This document shows, in pieces, positions 48,932-57,656 of a stretch of 64,000 nucleotides of DNA; position 1 is the first letter of the stretch, and every line of letters begins with the position of its first letter. Made by a program: the position numbers and the translations under genes. Origin of the DNA: Opitutia bacterium (lineage in GTDB: Bacteria; Verrucomicrobiota; Verrucomicrobiia; Opitutales; Opitutaceae); assembly GCA_947478395.1 (NCBI GenBank), contig CANJVR010000002.1:640001-704000 (forward strand). The letters run 5' to 3'. The notes under the pieces were generated by a model. That model did not search any database, was not told where the DNA came from, and saw nothing but the letters and a program-made list of their open reading frames with translations.

Positions 48932-49702
48932 ATGCCTCCCGTAGTTAAAATCGAGGACCTCCACAAAATCTATGATTCCGGCGAAGTCCCCGTGCACGCG
49001 GTGCGCGGAGTTTCACTCGAAATCCAGCAGGGGGAATTTCTCGCGCTGATGGGCTCCAGCGGCTCGGGGAAGTCGACCCTGATGAACATGCTGGGCTGTC
49101 TCGACCGCCCCACCCGTGGGCGGTATATGCTCGACGGAATCGATGTGTCCCACCTCGACAAGGACGAGCTTGCGGACATCCGAAACCTCAAGCTCGGTTT
49201 CGTTTTCCAAGGCTTCAACCTGCTGGCCCGCACCACGGCCGTCGAAAACGTCGAGCTCCCGTGCCTCTACGGAAAAAAGCGCATGACTTCAAAACAGATG
49301 CGCGAGCGGGCGATGCACTGTCTAGATATCGTCGGCCTCTCCCAGCGCGCCGACCACATGCCCAATCAGCTTTCAGGCGGTCAACAACAACGCGTCGCCA
49401 TCGCCCGAGCCCTCGTCAACGAGCCGCAAGTTCTGCTCGCCGACGAGCCCACCGGCAATCTCGATACCAAAACCTCGATGGAGGTCATGGGCGTCTTCCA
49501 AAAGCTCAACGAACAGGGGATCACCCTCGTGATGGTCACCCACGAGCTCGACATCGCCCACTACTGCAAACGCAACCTGATCCTGCGCGACGGTGTCATC
49601 GTACGCGACGAACCCGTGCTGGATCGCTCCATCGCCGAAAAGGAACTAGGCAAGCTCAAGACAGCGGAAACCGCCGCCAAGCTCCTCAACTCCGCCGCCT
49701 GA
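48932..49702 (+). CDS. MacB/LolD-type ABC transporter ATP-binding protein
   Basis: GSSGSGKST, FQGFNL, LSGGQQQRV, LADEPTGNLD, VTH. Confidence 0.95.
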   Translation: MPPVVKIEDLHKIYDSGEVPVHAVRGVSLEIQQGEFLALMGSSGSGKSTLMNMLGCLDRPTRGRYMLDGIDVSHLDKDELADIRNLKLGFVFQGFNLLARTTAVENVELPCLYGKKRMTSKQMRERAMHCLDIVGLSQRADHMPNQLSGGQQQRVAIARALVNEPQVLLADEPTGNLDTKTSMEVMGVFQKLNEQGITLVMVTHELDIAHYCKRNLILRDGVIVRDEPVLDRSIAEKELGKLKTAETAAKLLNSAA

Positions 49703-49727
49703 TCCTCGTATTCTTCCTGAGATTTCC

Positions 49728-51044
49728 ATGCGCTTTTTTACGACCTTCCTGATGGCTCTGCGGGCTCTACGCCGCAATACCATGCGTTCCATTCTGACCG
49801 CCCTAGGCATCATCATCGGCGTCGCCGCCGTGATCGCGATGGTCAGCATCGGCAACGGAGCCAAGGCCCAAGTCCAGGCCGCGATCGCCAGCATGGGCGA
49901 CAATCTCGTGCTCGTGACGCCTGGCACCCAAAGCCAAGGCGGCGGCGTACGCAGCGGAGGCGGCGGCGCCACCACCCTCACCATCGAGGACTCTCTTGCG
50001 ATCATCAAAAGCTTTCAGAATGGCCCGGAAGAAAAGGACAACAATGTCGCTGCCGTCAGCCCTTACGTCCTAGGCCAGAATCAGATTTTGGCGAATGGTT
50101 TGAATTGGCGCAGCCCAGTTTACGGCGTCTCCCCGGACTATCCCGCCATTCGCAGCTGGCGCGTCGCCGAGGGCGTGTTCTTCGACGAGGCCGAAGTCGC
50201 GTCCGCCGCCAAGGTGGTCGTTGTCGGTAAAACCGTGGTCGAAACCCTTTTCCCCGACAAAGATATTTCCAGCGTGATCGGACAAAGCATCCGCATCGTG
50301 GCTCAAGGTGGTGGTGGCGGCGGCGGCATGGCTGTCGCGGGTGGCGGCGCCGGCGGCCAAGGTGGCGGCAGCAACGGCGGCACGCCATTTCGCATCATCG
50401 GCGTCATGGCCACGAAGGGCTTCAGCAACAATCAGGACCAGGACGACGTGTTGTTCATTCCCTATACCAGCCACATGAAGCGCGTCTCGCGCTCACTTTT
50501 CCTCCGCACCATTTACGTCCAGGCCAAGAGCGAAGACGTCCTCAACCAGGTGAAAACCGACGTCAATGACCTACTCACCCAGCGTCACAACGGCCTCCCC
50601 GATTTCCAGGTGCAGGACCAGGCCGACATTACCGCTGCGCGCACCGCTTCAACCGATGCCATGACTTATCTCCTCGGCGCCATCGCCGGCGTGTCGCTGC
50701 TCGTCGGCGGCATCGGCATCATGAACATCATGCTCGTGTCCGTGACCGAACGCACCCGCGAAATCGGCATCCGGCTCGCCCTTGGCGCCCACGGCAGCGA
50801 TGTCCTCACTCAATTTTTGATCGAAGCAATCGTGCTCAGCTTGCTCGGCGGGTTGATCGGCGTCGCGCTCGGTATCGGCGGCTCAGTCGTCCTTGGCAAC
50901 TACAAGGGCTGGCCCGTCGAGCCCTCGACGATGGCCATGGTCATAGCGGTCGGCTTCAGCGCCGCGGTCGGCGTGTTCTTCGGCTATTATCCCGCCCGCA
51001 AGGCCGCCCAGCTCGATCCGATCGAGGCTCTGCGCTACGAATAA
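49728..51044 (+). CDS. MacB-type (FtsX-domain) ABC transporter permease
   Basis: RSILTALGIIIGV, GGIGIMNIMLVSVTERTREIGIR, PARKAAQLDPIEALRYE. Confidence 0.95.
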   Translation: MRFFTTFLMALRALRRNTMRSILTALGIIIGVAAVIAMVSIGNGAKAQVQAAIASMGDNLVLVTPGTQSQGGGVRSGGGGATTLTIEDSLAIIKSFQNGPEEKDNNVAAVSPYVLGQNQILANGLNWRSPVYGVSPDYPAIRSWRVAEGVFFDEAEVASAAKVVVVGKTVVETLFPDKDISSVIGQSIRIVAQGGGGGGGMAVAGGGAGGQGGGSNGGTPFRIIGVMATKGFSNNQDQDDVLFIPYTSHMKRVSRSLFLRTIYVQAKSEDVLNQVKTDVNDLLTQRHNGLPDFQVQDQADITAARTASTDAMTYLLGAIAGVSLLVGGIGIMNIMLVSVTERTREIGIRLALGAHGSDVLTQFLIEAIVLSLLGGLIGVALGIGGSVVLGNYKGWPVEPSTMAMVIAVGFSAAVGVFFGYYPARKAAQLDPIEALRYE

Positions 51045-51265
51045 TTTACCGCCACCGTCGCAGGGCGTGGGCGTATAGAATTTTTTGCCGTAGCGGAGGC
51101 CGTACGGTTGACCCGCGTGATCCGACGCGCAGACGACGACGGGGTTTCGAGCATCACCTCCGAAACGCTTACACGTTCCGCTGATCGAAAAATTCGGAAT
51201 CAGGTTACAGGACTGCCAGCGAACCGACGCTTGTAACTTTTGCTCTGCCCGCTGTCTTACGAGCG

Positions 51266-52132
51266 ATGTCTCTTCGTCCATTCAGCCTCGCGATCGGGGT
51301 TATACTGACGCTCGCGGCCGCAGCGCTGGCTTCTCCGTTGGATGACGGCATCTCACTCTACCGGGATAAAAAATATCCTGCAGCGCGCGAGGCCTTCGAA
51401 AAAATTGCCACCAGCGATCCCAAAAGCGCCGCCGCATGCTATTACCTCGGTATGACGTTGCGCCACCGCGGCGACGCCACCGCGCTGGACGATGCGGCCC
51501 GGTGGCTGGCCAAGGCGGTCGAACTCGAACCCGCCAACGCCACCTATCTCGCCGATTTTGGCGGTACCAGTCTCCAATTAGGGGAGAAAACCCGATCACT
51601 TTCCGCCGTCGCCAAGGGACGCGACGCCATGATCCGCGCCATCGAGCTGACCCCAGACAACCTCGATGTGCGCGAAGAGCTCATGCAATTCTACGCCCGA
51701 GCTCCCTTCTTTGTGGGCGGCAGTAACGCCAAGGCTTACGCCCAAGCCAGTGAAATTCGCCAGCGCTTTCCCCAACGGGGCCTGCTCGCGTTCGTCAGTC
51801 TAAAGATCCTCGAAAAAAAATTCGATGAAGCCCTCGCGCTTTGCGACGATGCGCTCAAAGCCAGCCCCGACAACTACGTTGTACTGTATCAAATCGGGCG
51901 CATCGCGGAGCAAAGTGATGGTCATGGCGCTCGCGCGCTCGCCGCGCTCCGCCGCTGTCTCGAGCTGACCCCGCCGCCAAACGCCCCGACTCACGCTAGT
52001 ATCCAATTCAGATTGGGAAAACTCGCCGAAAAAAAAGGCGATGCCGCCGCCGCCCGCGCGGCCTATGAATCGGCCCTCAAACTCGAACCCGAGCACCACG
52101 CCGCCGCTTCGGCGCTGGCCACACTCAAATAA
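51266..52132 (+). CDS. Exported tetratricopeptide-repeat protein
   Basis: Signal peptide; repeated TPR patterns (YYLG...AVELEP, AIELTP, ALKLEP). Confidence 0.8.
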   Translation: MSLRPFSLAIGVILTLAAAALASPLDDGISLYRDKKYPAAREAFEKIATSDPKSAAACYYLGMTLRHRGDATALDDAARWLAKAVELEPANATYLADFGGTSLQLGEKTRSLSAVAKGRDAMIRAIELTPDNLDVREELMQFYARAPFFVGGSNAKAYAQASEIRQRFPQRGLLAFVSLKILEKKFDEALALCDDALKASPDNYVVLYQIGRIAEQSDGHGARALAALRRCLELTPPPNAPTHASIQFRLGKLAEKKGDAAAARAAYESALKLEPEHHAAASALATLK

Positions 52133-52181
52133 AACTTCCCGGATCGGCTGACCGACCACGCGCCCCTATTTTCTACCCAAC

Positions 52182-53378
52182 ATGACCGTTCCGCCCCTCG
52201 ATCGCTTCCTTGGCCTGCTCCGTACCGCAGCGAACGACGGCTCACTCGTTAAGCTCACCCTCGGTAAGGCGCGCGCCGCCGATCCTTCGTTACAAAATCT
52301 TTTTGTCCGCCCCGTGGCCCTCAAGGCAGGCCCCCAGCTGACCTTGGTCTGGCGGCACGCAACCCGCGACATCACAAAAAATTTTCCGCCGGCCGATGGA
52401 CTTGCGCTAATCGAGCCTCTGGTCGGTCATGACTTTCTCGATGCGCACCTGTTCACCGCGACACAGTCCGCCCAGCTCGAAACTCAGCCCGACGGGTCCG
52501 CGCGCCTCCGCGTGAAAGTCCAAAATCCTCGATCGACCAGCGCAACCGTTCCGGATGGTTCCGCCTCCGATCACAATCACACCAAACACTATCCCATTGC
52601 TCCGACGGCGGCGTGGCTTCGCACGCTCGGCGTCACCAACGAACACGGCCAGCCCCGCGCCGAGATGACCGGGAAGTTTCGCCAGATTCAAAAGTTCGCC
52701 GAGTTGCTGCAGCATCTCGTAGGGGAAACATTTCCTCATCAAACCGCGCTGAAGGTCGCAGATATGGGCTGCGGCAAAGGCTACCTCACATTCGCGGTCG
52801 CGGAATTATTGAGCGAATCGGCGCGCATCCAAGGTATCGAGACGCGTCCGGAATTGGTCGCAGCCTGCAACCGCGCCGCCGAGACGCACGGCCTGGGAAC
52901 GCGACTGACATTTAACGCCGGCACGATTGCTGACGCCGAACTCCCCGCGCTCGACGTCCTCATCGCACTTCACGCCTGCGACACCGCGACGGACGACGCC
53001 CTCGCCCGTGGGCTGGCCGCCGGCGCGGCGCTGTTGGTCGTCTCACCCTGTTGTCACAAGGAACTCCGCGCGCAGCTCACTCCGCCGCCGGTCCTCGCGT
53101 CCGCGCTGCGCTCCGGAATTTTTCAGGAGCGTCAGGCCGAATTCGTCACCGACGCCCTGCGAGCCCAATTGCTCGAATGGGCCGGGTACCGCACGAAAGT
53201 TTTCGAGTTCATCTCGACCGAGCATACCGCCAAAAACCTGATGATCTCGGCGCAACGAATTCGTCCGCGCGGATCGCCCGACGATGCTATCGCCGCGGGC
53301 ATTCGGGACCTCGCCCAGTTTTATGGCATCCGCCACCACGCGCTCGCCACGCACTTGGGTTTTGTCCTCGTCAGATAA
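52182..53378 (+). CDS. Class I SAM-dependent methyltransferase (Methyltransf_32-like)
   Basis: DMGCGKGYLTF, ALHACDTATD, PCC, EFISTEHTAKN. Confidence 0.85.
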   Translation: MTVPPLDRFLGLLRTAANDGSLVKLTLGKARAADPSLQNLFVRPVALKAGPQLTLVWRHATRDITKNFPPADGLALIEPLVGHDFLDAHLFTATQSAQLETQPDGSARLRVKVQNPRSTSATVPDGSASDHNHTKHYPIAPTAAWLRTLGVTNEHGQPRAEMTGKFRQIQKFAELLQHLVGETFPHQTALKVADMGCGKGYLTFAVAELLSESARIQGIETRPELVAACNRAAETHGLGTRLTFNAGTIADAELPALDVLIALHACDTATDDALARGLAAGAALLVVSPCCHKELRAQLTPPPVLASALRSGIFQERQAEFVTDALRAQLLEWAGYRTKVFEFISTEHTAKNLMISAQRIRPRGSPDDAIAAGIRDLAQFYGIRHHALATHLGFVLVR

Positions 53379-53520
53379 TACGCCGCCATTTTCCACCCGC
53401 AGCGAAAGGGTACGTGACCTTAGGTGAAATTCCCCTCACGCCCGCGGCTGAAAATTCAATCAGAGGTCGGCATGCACGTTTTTTCGTGGACCCGGAGCCG
53501 CGGCCCGCTGGGCTCGGGGG

Positions 53521-54588
53521 ATGACGTGGAACGAAATCGACTGGACGGCCCTTGAGCGGTTGCGCGCAGGCTTCCTGCACGGCGCCGCCGCCGAGGGCGC
53601 TTACTGGCAAAATGCCCGCGATCTCGCCAGCTACGACTTCACCTACGGGGAACGCATTGGCTGGAAATGGGACGCCGTACTCACGGAACTCAAACTGCGC
53701 GGCTGGCGCCCGACCGCCGGCGAATCCGTGCTCGACTGGGGCTGCGGCAGCGGAATCGCCGGACGCAGAGTCATCGGCGCGTTTAGCCCCACTCGGTTCG
53801 CGCGGCTGCGGGTCTGGGATCACTCGCCTCTCGCCATGGATTTCGCCGCCGACGCCGCGGCCCGCGCATTTCCCGGGCTCGACGTAGCCGCGGCGACGCC
53901 GGATTTATTACAGGGCGACGACGCGATCGGTTTGCTCGTCATCAGCCACGTGCTCAACGAACTGCCGCCGGCGATCCTCGTCGAATTGCGCGCCCTCTGC
54001 GCCCGCGCGCGCGCCATCATCTGGGTGGAGCCTGGCACGCACGGCGTCAGCCGCCAGCTGAGCGCATTGCGCGACGAACTGCGCGCAACGTTCGCCATCA
54101 TCGCGCCGTGCACCCATGCGAAGGCATGTCCGATCCTCTTGCCGGAAAATTCCCGCGACTGGTGTCATCATTTTGCCCCGCCCCCTTCGGAAATATTCGC
54201 CCAGCCCGACTGGGTGAAATTCGGCCAGCGCGCCGGGATCGATTTACGTAGCCTGCCCTACTGTTTTTTCGCTCTCGATCGAACGTGGAATGAGAGTCGT
54301 CCCTCCCACTTCCCCGCCCCTGCAGACGGTGAAAATTCAGCGGTGCCGCCTGACGCACCGCTCTCGCGCATCATCGGCCGGCCGGAGCATTTCAAACCGT
54401 ATGCGCGTTTTCTCAATTGCGACGCCAGCGGTCTCGCGGAACTGACGCTGCCGAAACGCGCCGATCCCGCACTCTACAAACAACTCGATCGGACCAAAGC
54501 GCCGCTCGTCTACCGGTGGCGACGCAGTGGCGACGAGGTGCTAGGCGGCGAACCGTTGGATAAACCGACATCCATTCTACCCACGTAG
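53521..54588 (+). CDS. Rsm22/METTL17-family methyltransferase-like protein
   Basis: LDWGCGSG, SHVLNEL, VEPGT, APCTH...CP...WCH, RIIG...C. Confidence 0.75.
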   Translation: MTWNEIDWTALERLRAGFLHGAAAEGAYWQNARDLASYDFTYGERIGWKWDAVLTELKLRGWRPTAGESVLDWGCGSGIAGRRVIGAFSPTRFARLRVWDHSPLAMDFAADAAARAFPGLDVAAATPDLLQGDDAIGLLVISHVLNELPPAILVELRALCARARAIIWVEPGTHGVSRQLSALRDELRATFAIIAPCTHAKACPILLPENSRDWCHHFAPPPSEIFAQPDWVKFGQRAGIDLRSLPYCFFALDRTWNESRPSHFPAPADGENSAVPPDAPLSRIIGRPEHFKPYARFLNCDASGLAELTLPKRADPALYKQLDRTKAPLVYRWRRSGDEVLGGEPLDKPTSILPT

Positions 54589-54945
54589 CATCTACTCCAC
54601 CCTGCTCTCGGCCGCGGCTTCATGCTTCCCGCGTCCCGCCCACCCTTTCGCTCCGAGCGACTCGCGCCGGGCCGGGATTTCTCCTGGTCGGGACGATAAT
54701 GCCGGCGGACTTCAGCTGCGGGCGTCGAGCGACGCCTTCGATCAAAACGTCGCACCGGATGGGAACCCACGCGTTCGGTCCATCGCCGATCTCGGTGCGG
54801 GCCGAAACGCCAAATTTCCCGGGAGGTTCCGGACGCGCCGAAGCGACGGGGCGACATCTTACCGAAACTACGCGGCCCGGAAGCCATACGCCCCCGCAGT
54901 TATAAAGCCCTCGACCGATTCGCGCGGAACCGATCATTTCGCTCC

Positions 54946-55335
54946 ATGCTTAAAACCGGCATACTTAACCCCGCCCTGCTCGAGCTGGTCGCGCGTGTGC
55001 GCCACACCAACACGCTCGTGATCGCCGACCGCGGTTTTCCGTTCTGGCCGCAGATTGAAACCATCGACATCTCCCTCGTCGACGACGTGCCGACGGTCCT
55101 CCAGGTGATCGACGCCCTCCGAGCCAATTTCGCGATCGGTCGCGTCTGGGCCGCCCAGGAATTTCTGGCGCGTAACGACGGCGCGCAGCAGCACGAACTC
55201 CGGCGCCGCTTCGAAGGGATCCAACTCGAATTTGAGCCTCACGTGGAATTCAAGCGACGCGTCCCGCACGCGCTCGGACTGATTCGCACGGGCGATTCCA
55301 TCCCGTACTCTAACCTCATCATCGAATCAGCGTGA
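54946..55335 (+). CDS. RbsD/FucU-family sugar mutarotase/pyranase
   Basis: MLKTGILNP, H-x-N-x-LVIADRGFP, IRTGD...YSN. Confidence 0.85.
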   Translation: MLKTGILNPALLELVARVRHTNTLVIADRGFPFWPQIETIDISLVDDVPTVLQVIDALRANFAIGRVWAAQEFLARNDGAQQHELRRRFEGIQLEFEPHVEFKRRVPHALGLIRTGDSIPYSNLIIESA

Positions 55336-55371
55336 GCAAGCATCGGAAACCCCTTGCAGCGCAATTTCCGA

Positions 55372-55430
55372 GTAGCGGAACGCGCGAGCGTTTCAAATCC
55401 TACACTCGAAAGCATCATGGCGTCCGCCAC
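55372..55430. repeat. Degenerate GTAG/GTGG-type inverted REP pair
   Basis: GTAGCGGAACGC...TTTC faces GAAA...GCGTCCGCCAC. Confidence 0.35.
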
Positions 55431-55559
55431 CCTGAAAACTCTTTCGAGGAATTTCCCGACGCAGTCTTTCTTGAATTTAGAATCGCCCTATGACGCACTG
55501 CTCGTCCAACGGGTGATTTCACGCTTTCCCGATACAGCTCAGCGCCACCGCAATTTTCC

Positions 55560-56513
55560 ATGAACCGCCGCCTGTTGGGCCGCACCGGCCTCAATGTTCC
55601 CGTCCTCAGCTTCGGCGCTTCGTCGCTCGGGGGCGTGTTTCGCACGACCGATGACACCGAGGCGATCCGCACGGTTCACGTCGCGCTCGATCTCGGCATG
55701 GATTTCATCGATGTGTCGCCCTACTACGGCGCCACGCGCGCCGAGACGGTGCTAGGCCGCGCGTTAAAAGGTATTTCCCGCAGCCGGTACGTGCTCGCAA
55801 CGAAGATCGGCCAATACGGGAACAACGAATTCGATTTTTCGGCGGCCCGCGTCGTTCGTTCGCTCGACGAAAGCTGCGCGCGTCTGGGCGTCGATCATAT
55901 CGATCTGTTGCAATGCCACGACATCGAGTTCGCCGATCTGGACCAGATCGTGAACGAGACTCTCCCCGCCCTCTTAAAGCTGCGCGAAGCCGGGCGCATC
56001 GGCCACATCGGTATCACCGGCCTGCCGCTTAACATTTTCCCCGCAGTCATCGATCGGGTCGCTCCTGGCGTGGTCGAAACCGTGCTGTCGTTTTGCCGCT
56101 ACGAACTCAACGACACCGCGCTCGATACGCTCGTCCCGTATTTCAAGACCGCCGGAATAGGCATCATCAATGCCTCACCAACCGGCATGGGCTTGCTGAC
56201 AGAGCGCGGCGTTCCCTCGTGGCATCCCGCGCCGCCCGCGATGGTCGCTGGCGCGCGCCGGGCGGTCGACTATTGCAAGTCAGTCGGAGCCGACATCGTG
56301 AAGCTCGCGGTGCAATTCTGCGTCGCGCACCCCGGGATCGCCACCACGCTCGTCGGCAGCGCGAACCCCGACAACATCCGCAAGAACGTCGCGTACATTG
56401 AGGAACCCCTCGACTTTGAATTGATGGCCAAGGTGCTCGAGCTCCTCCAGCCGATCCACAATCACAACTTCACCCGCGGCCGCCCGGAAAACCGCGATCC
56501 CCTCATCGGCTAA
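55560..56513 (+). CDS. Aldo/keto reductase (L-galactose/L-fucose dehydrogenase-like)
   Basis: LGRTG, DVSPYYG, TKIG, CHDIEF, NASP..MGLLT. Confidence 0.85.
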   Translation: MNRRLLGRTGLNVPVLSFGASSLGGVFRTTDDTEAIRTVHVALDLGMDFIDVSPYYGATRAETVLGRALKGISRSRYVLATKIGQYGNNEFDFSAARVVRSLDESCARLGVDHIDLLQCHDIEFADLDQIVNETLPALLKLREAGRIGHIGITGLPLNIFPAVIDRVAPGVVETVLSFCRYELNDTALDTLVPYFKTAGIGIINASPTGMGLLTERGVPSWHPAPPAMVAGARRAVDYCKSVGADIVKLAVQFCVAHPGIATTLVGSANPDNIRKNVAYIEEPLDFELMAKVLELLQPIHNHNFTRGRPENRDPLIG

Positions 56514-56531
56514 AATGGAACGCTCCTCTGT

Positions 56532-56597
56532 GCTCATCTGCGCTGATTCGAACTCCGGGATGTATTTCAGGCTGAGCGAAAATGAGCGCAGATCAGC
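56532..56597. repeat. Intergenic inverted repeat (ATCTGCG-type hairpin)
   Basis: GCTCATCTGCGCTGATT (56532-56548) against AATGAGCGCAGATCAGC (56581-56597): 15/17 complementary. Confidence 0.55.
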
Positions 56598-56611
56598 GTC
56601 CCCGTAAATTT

Positions 56612-57634
56612 ATGCTCCAAATTTCCCTCGAAAAACCCGGTCACTTTACGGCCACCCTCGACGCCCCGGAACCCACGCTCGCTCCCGGTGAGGCGCTGGT
56701 GCGTGTGCATCGCATCGGGGTCTGCGGCACCGATCTTCATGCGTTCGCGGGCCAGCAACCGTTCTTCAACTATCCGCGCATTCTCGGGCACGAACTTGGC
56801 GTCGAGGTGATCGATCCCGGCAGCGAACCGCACGGCTTGTCTGCCGGCGACCGCTGCTCGGTCGAGCCGTATTTCAACTGTCAGCGCTGCGTGGCGTGCC
56901 GCCGCGGCAAGACCAATTGCTGCACCGACCTCAAGGTCATGGGCGTACACATCGACGGCGGCATGCGTCCGTTCGTGGCCATCCCGGCGCGCAAACTCCA
57001 TCGTTCCACGAAACTGAATTACGACCAGCTCGCGCTCATCGAAACGCTCGGCATCGGCGCGCACGCCGTTGAGCGGGCCGAGATCAAGCGCGACGACACC
57101 GTGCTCGTCATCGGCGCCGGGCCGATCGGACTCAGCGTGATTCAATTTGTCGTCGTGACCGGCGCGAAGCTTGCAGTCATGGACGTGAGCGCCTCTCGCC
57201 TCGCCTTTTGCCGCGAGCAACTCGGCGTGACACACACGCTCGCCCCCAGCCCCGACACGGCCGCCGATCTCAAAGCTATTTTCGACGGCGATCTTCCCAC
57301 CGTCGTGATCGACGCGACGGGCAACGCCAAGTCGATGGCCAGCACGTTTGAACTCACGGCCCACGGCGGCCGCATTGTTTTCGTCGGACTCTTTCAAGGC
57401 GACGTGACGTTCAACGATCCCAATTTTCACCGGCGTGAACTCACGCTCTGCGCGAGCCGCAACGCGTTGCCCGGCACCTTCCGTGAAATCATATCACTCG
57501 TGGAAGCGGGCCGTGTGAACACGCAGCCGTGGATCACCCACCGATTGTCCCTCGCAGACGTCCCCACCCTTTTCCCGGCCAACATCGCCGGCAATCCCGC
57601 CGTCTTAAAGGCGATGATCGAAGTAACGGCGTAA
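56612..57634 (+). CDS. Zinc-dependent MDR dehydrogenase (L-galactonate 5-dehydrogenase LgoD/YjjN-like)
   Basis: GVCGTDLH, YPRILGHE, CQRCVACRRGKTNCC, GAGPIG, DATGN, FHRRELT..SRNA. Confidence 0.85.
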   Translation: MLQISLEKPGHFTATLDAPEPTLAPGEALVRVHRIGVCGTDLHAFAGQQPFFNYPRILGHELGVEVIDPGSEPHGLSAGDRCSVEPYFNCQRCVACRRGKTNCCTDLKVMGVHIDGGMRPFVAIPARKLHRSTKLNYDQLALIETLGIGAHAVERAEIKRDDTVLVIGAGPIGLSVIQFVVVTGAKLAVMDVSASRLAFCREQLGVTHTLAPSPDTAADLKAIFDGDLPTVVIDATGNAKSMASTFELTAHGGRIVFVGLFQGDVTFNDPNFHRRELTLCASRNALPGTFREIISLVEAGRVNTQPWITHRLSLADVPTLFPANIAGNPAVLKAMIEVTA

Positions 57635-57656
57635 TTGAGCACGCCCGATTGCGCGC

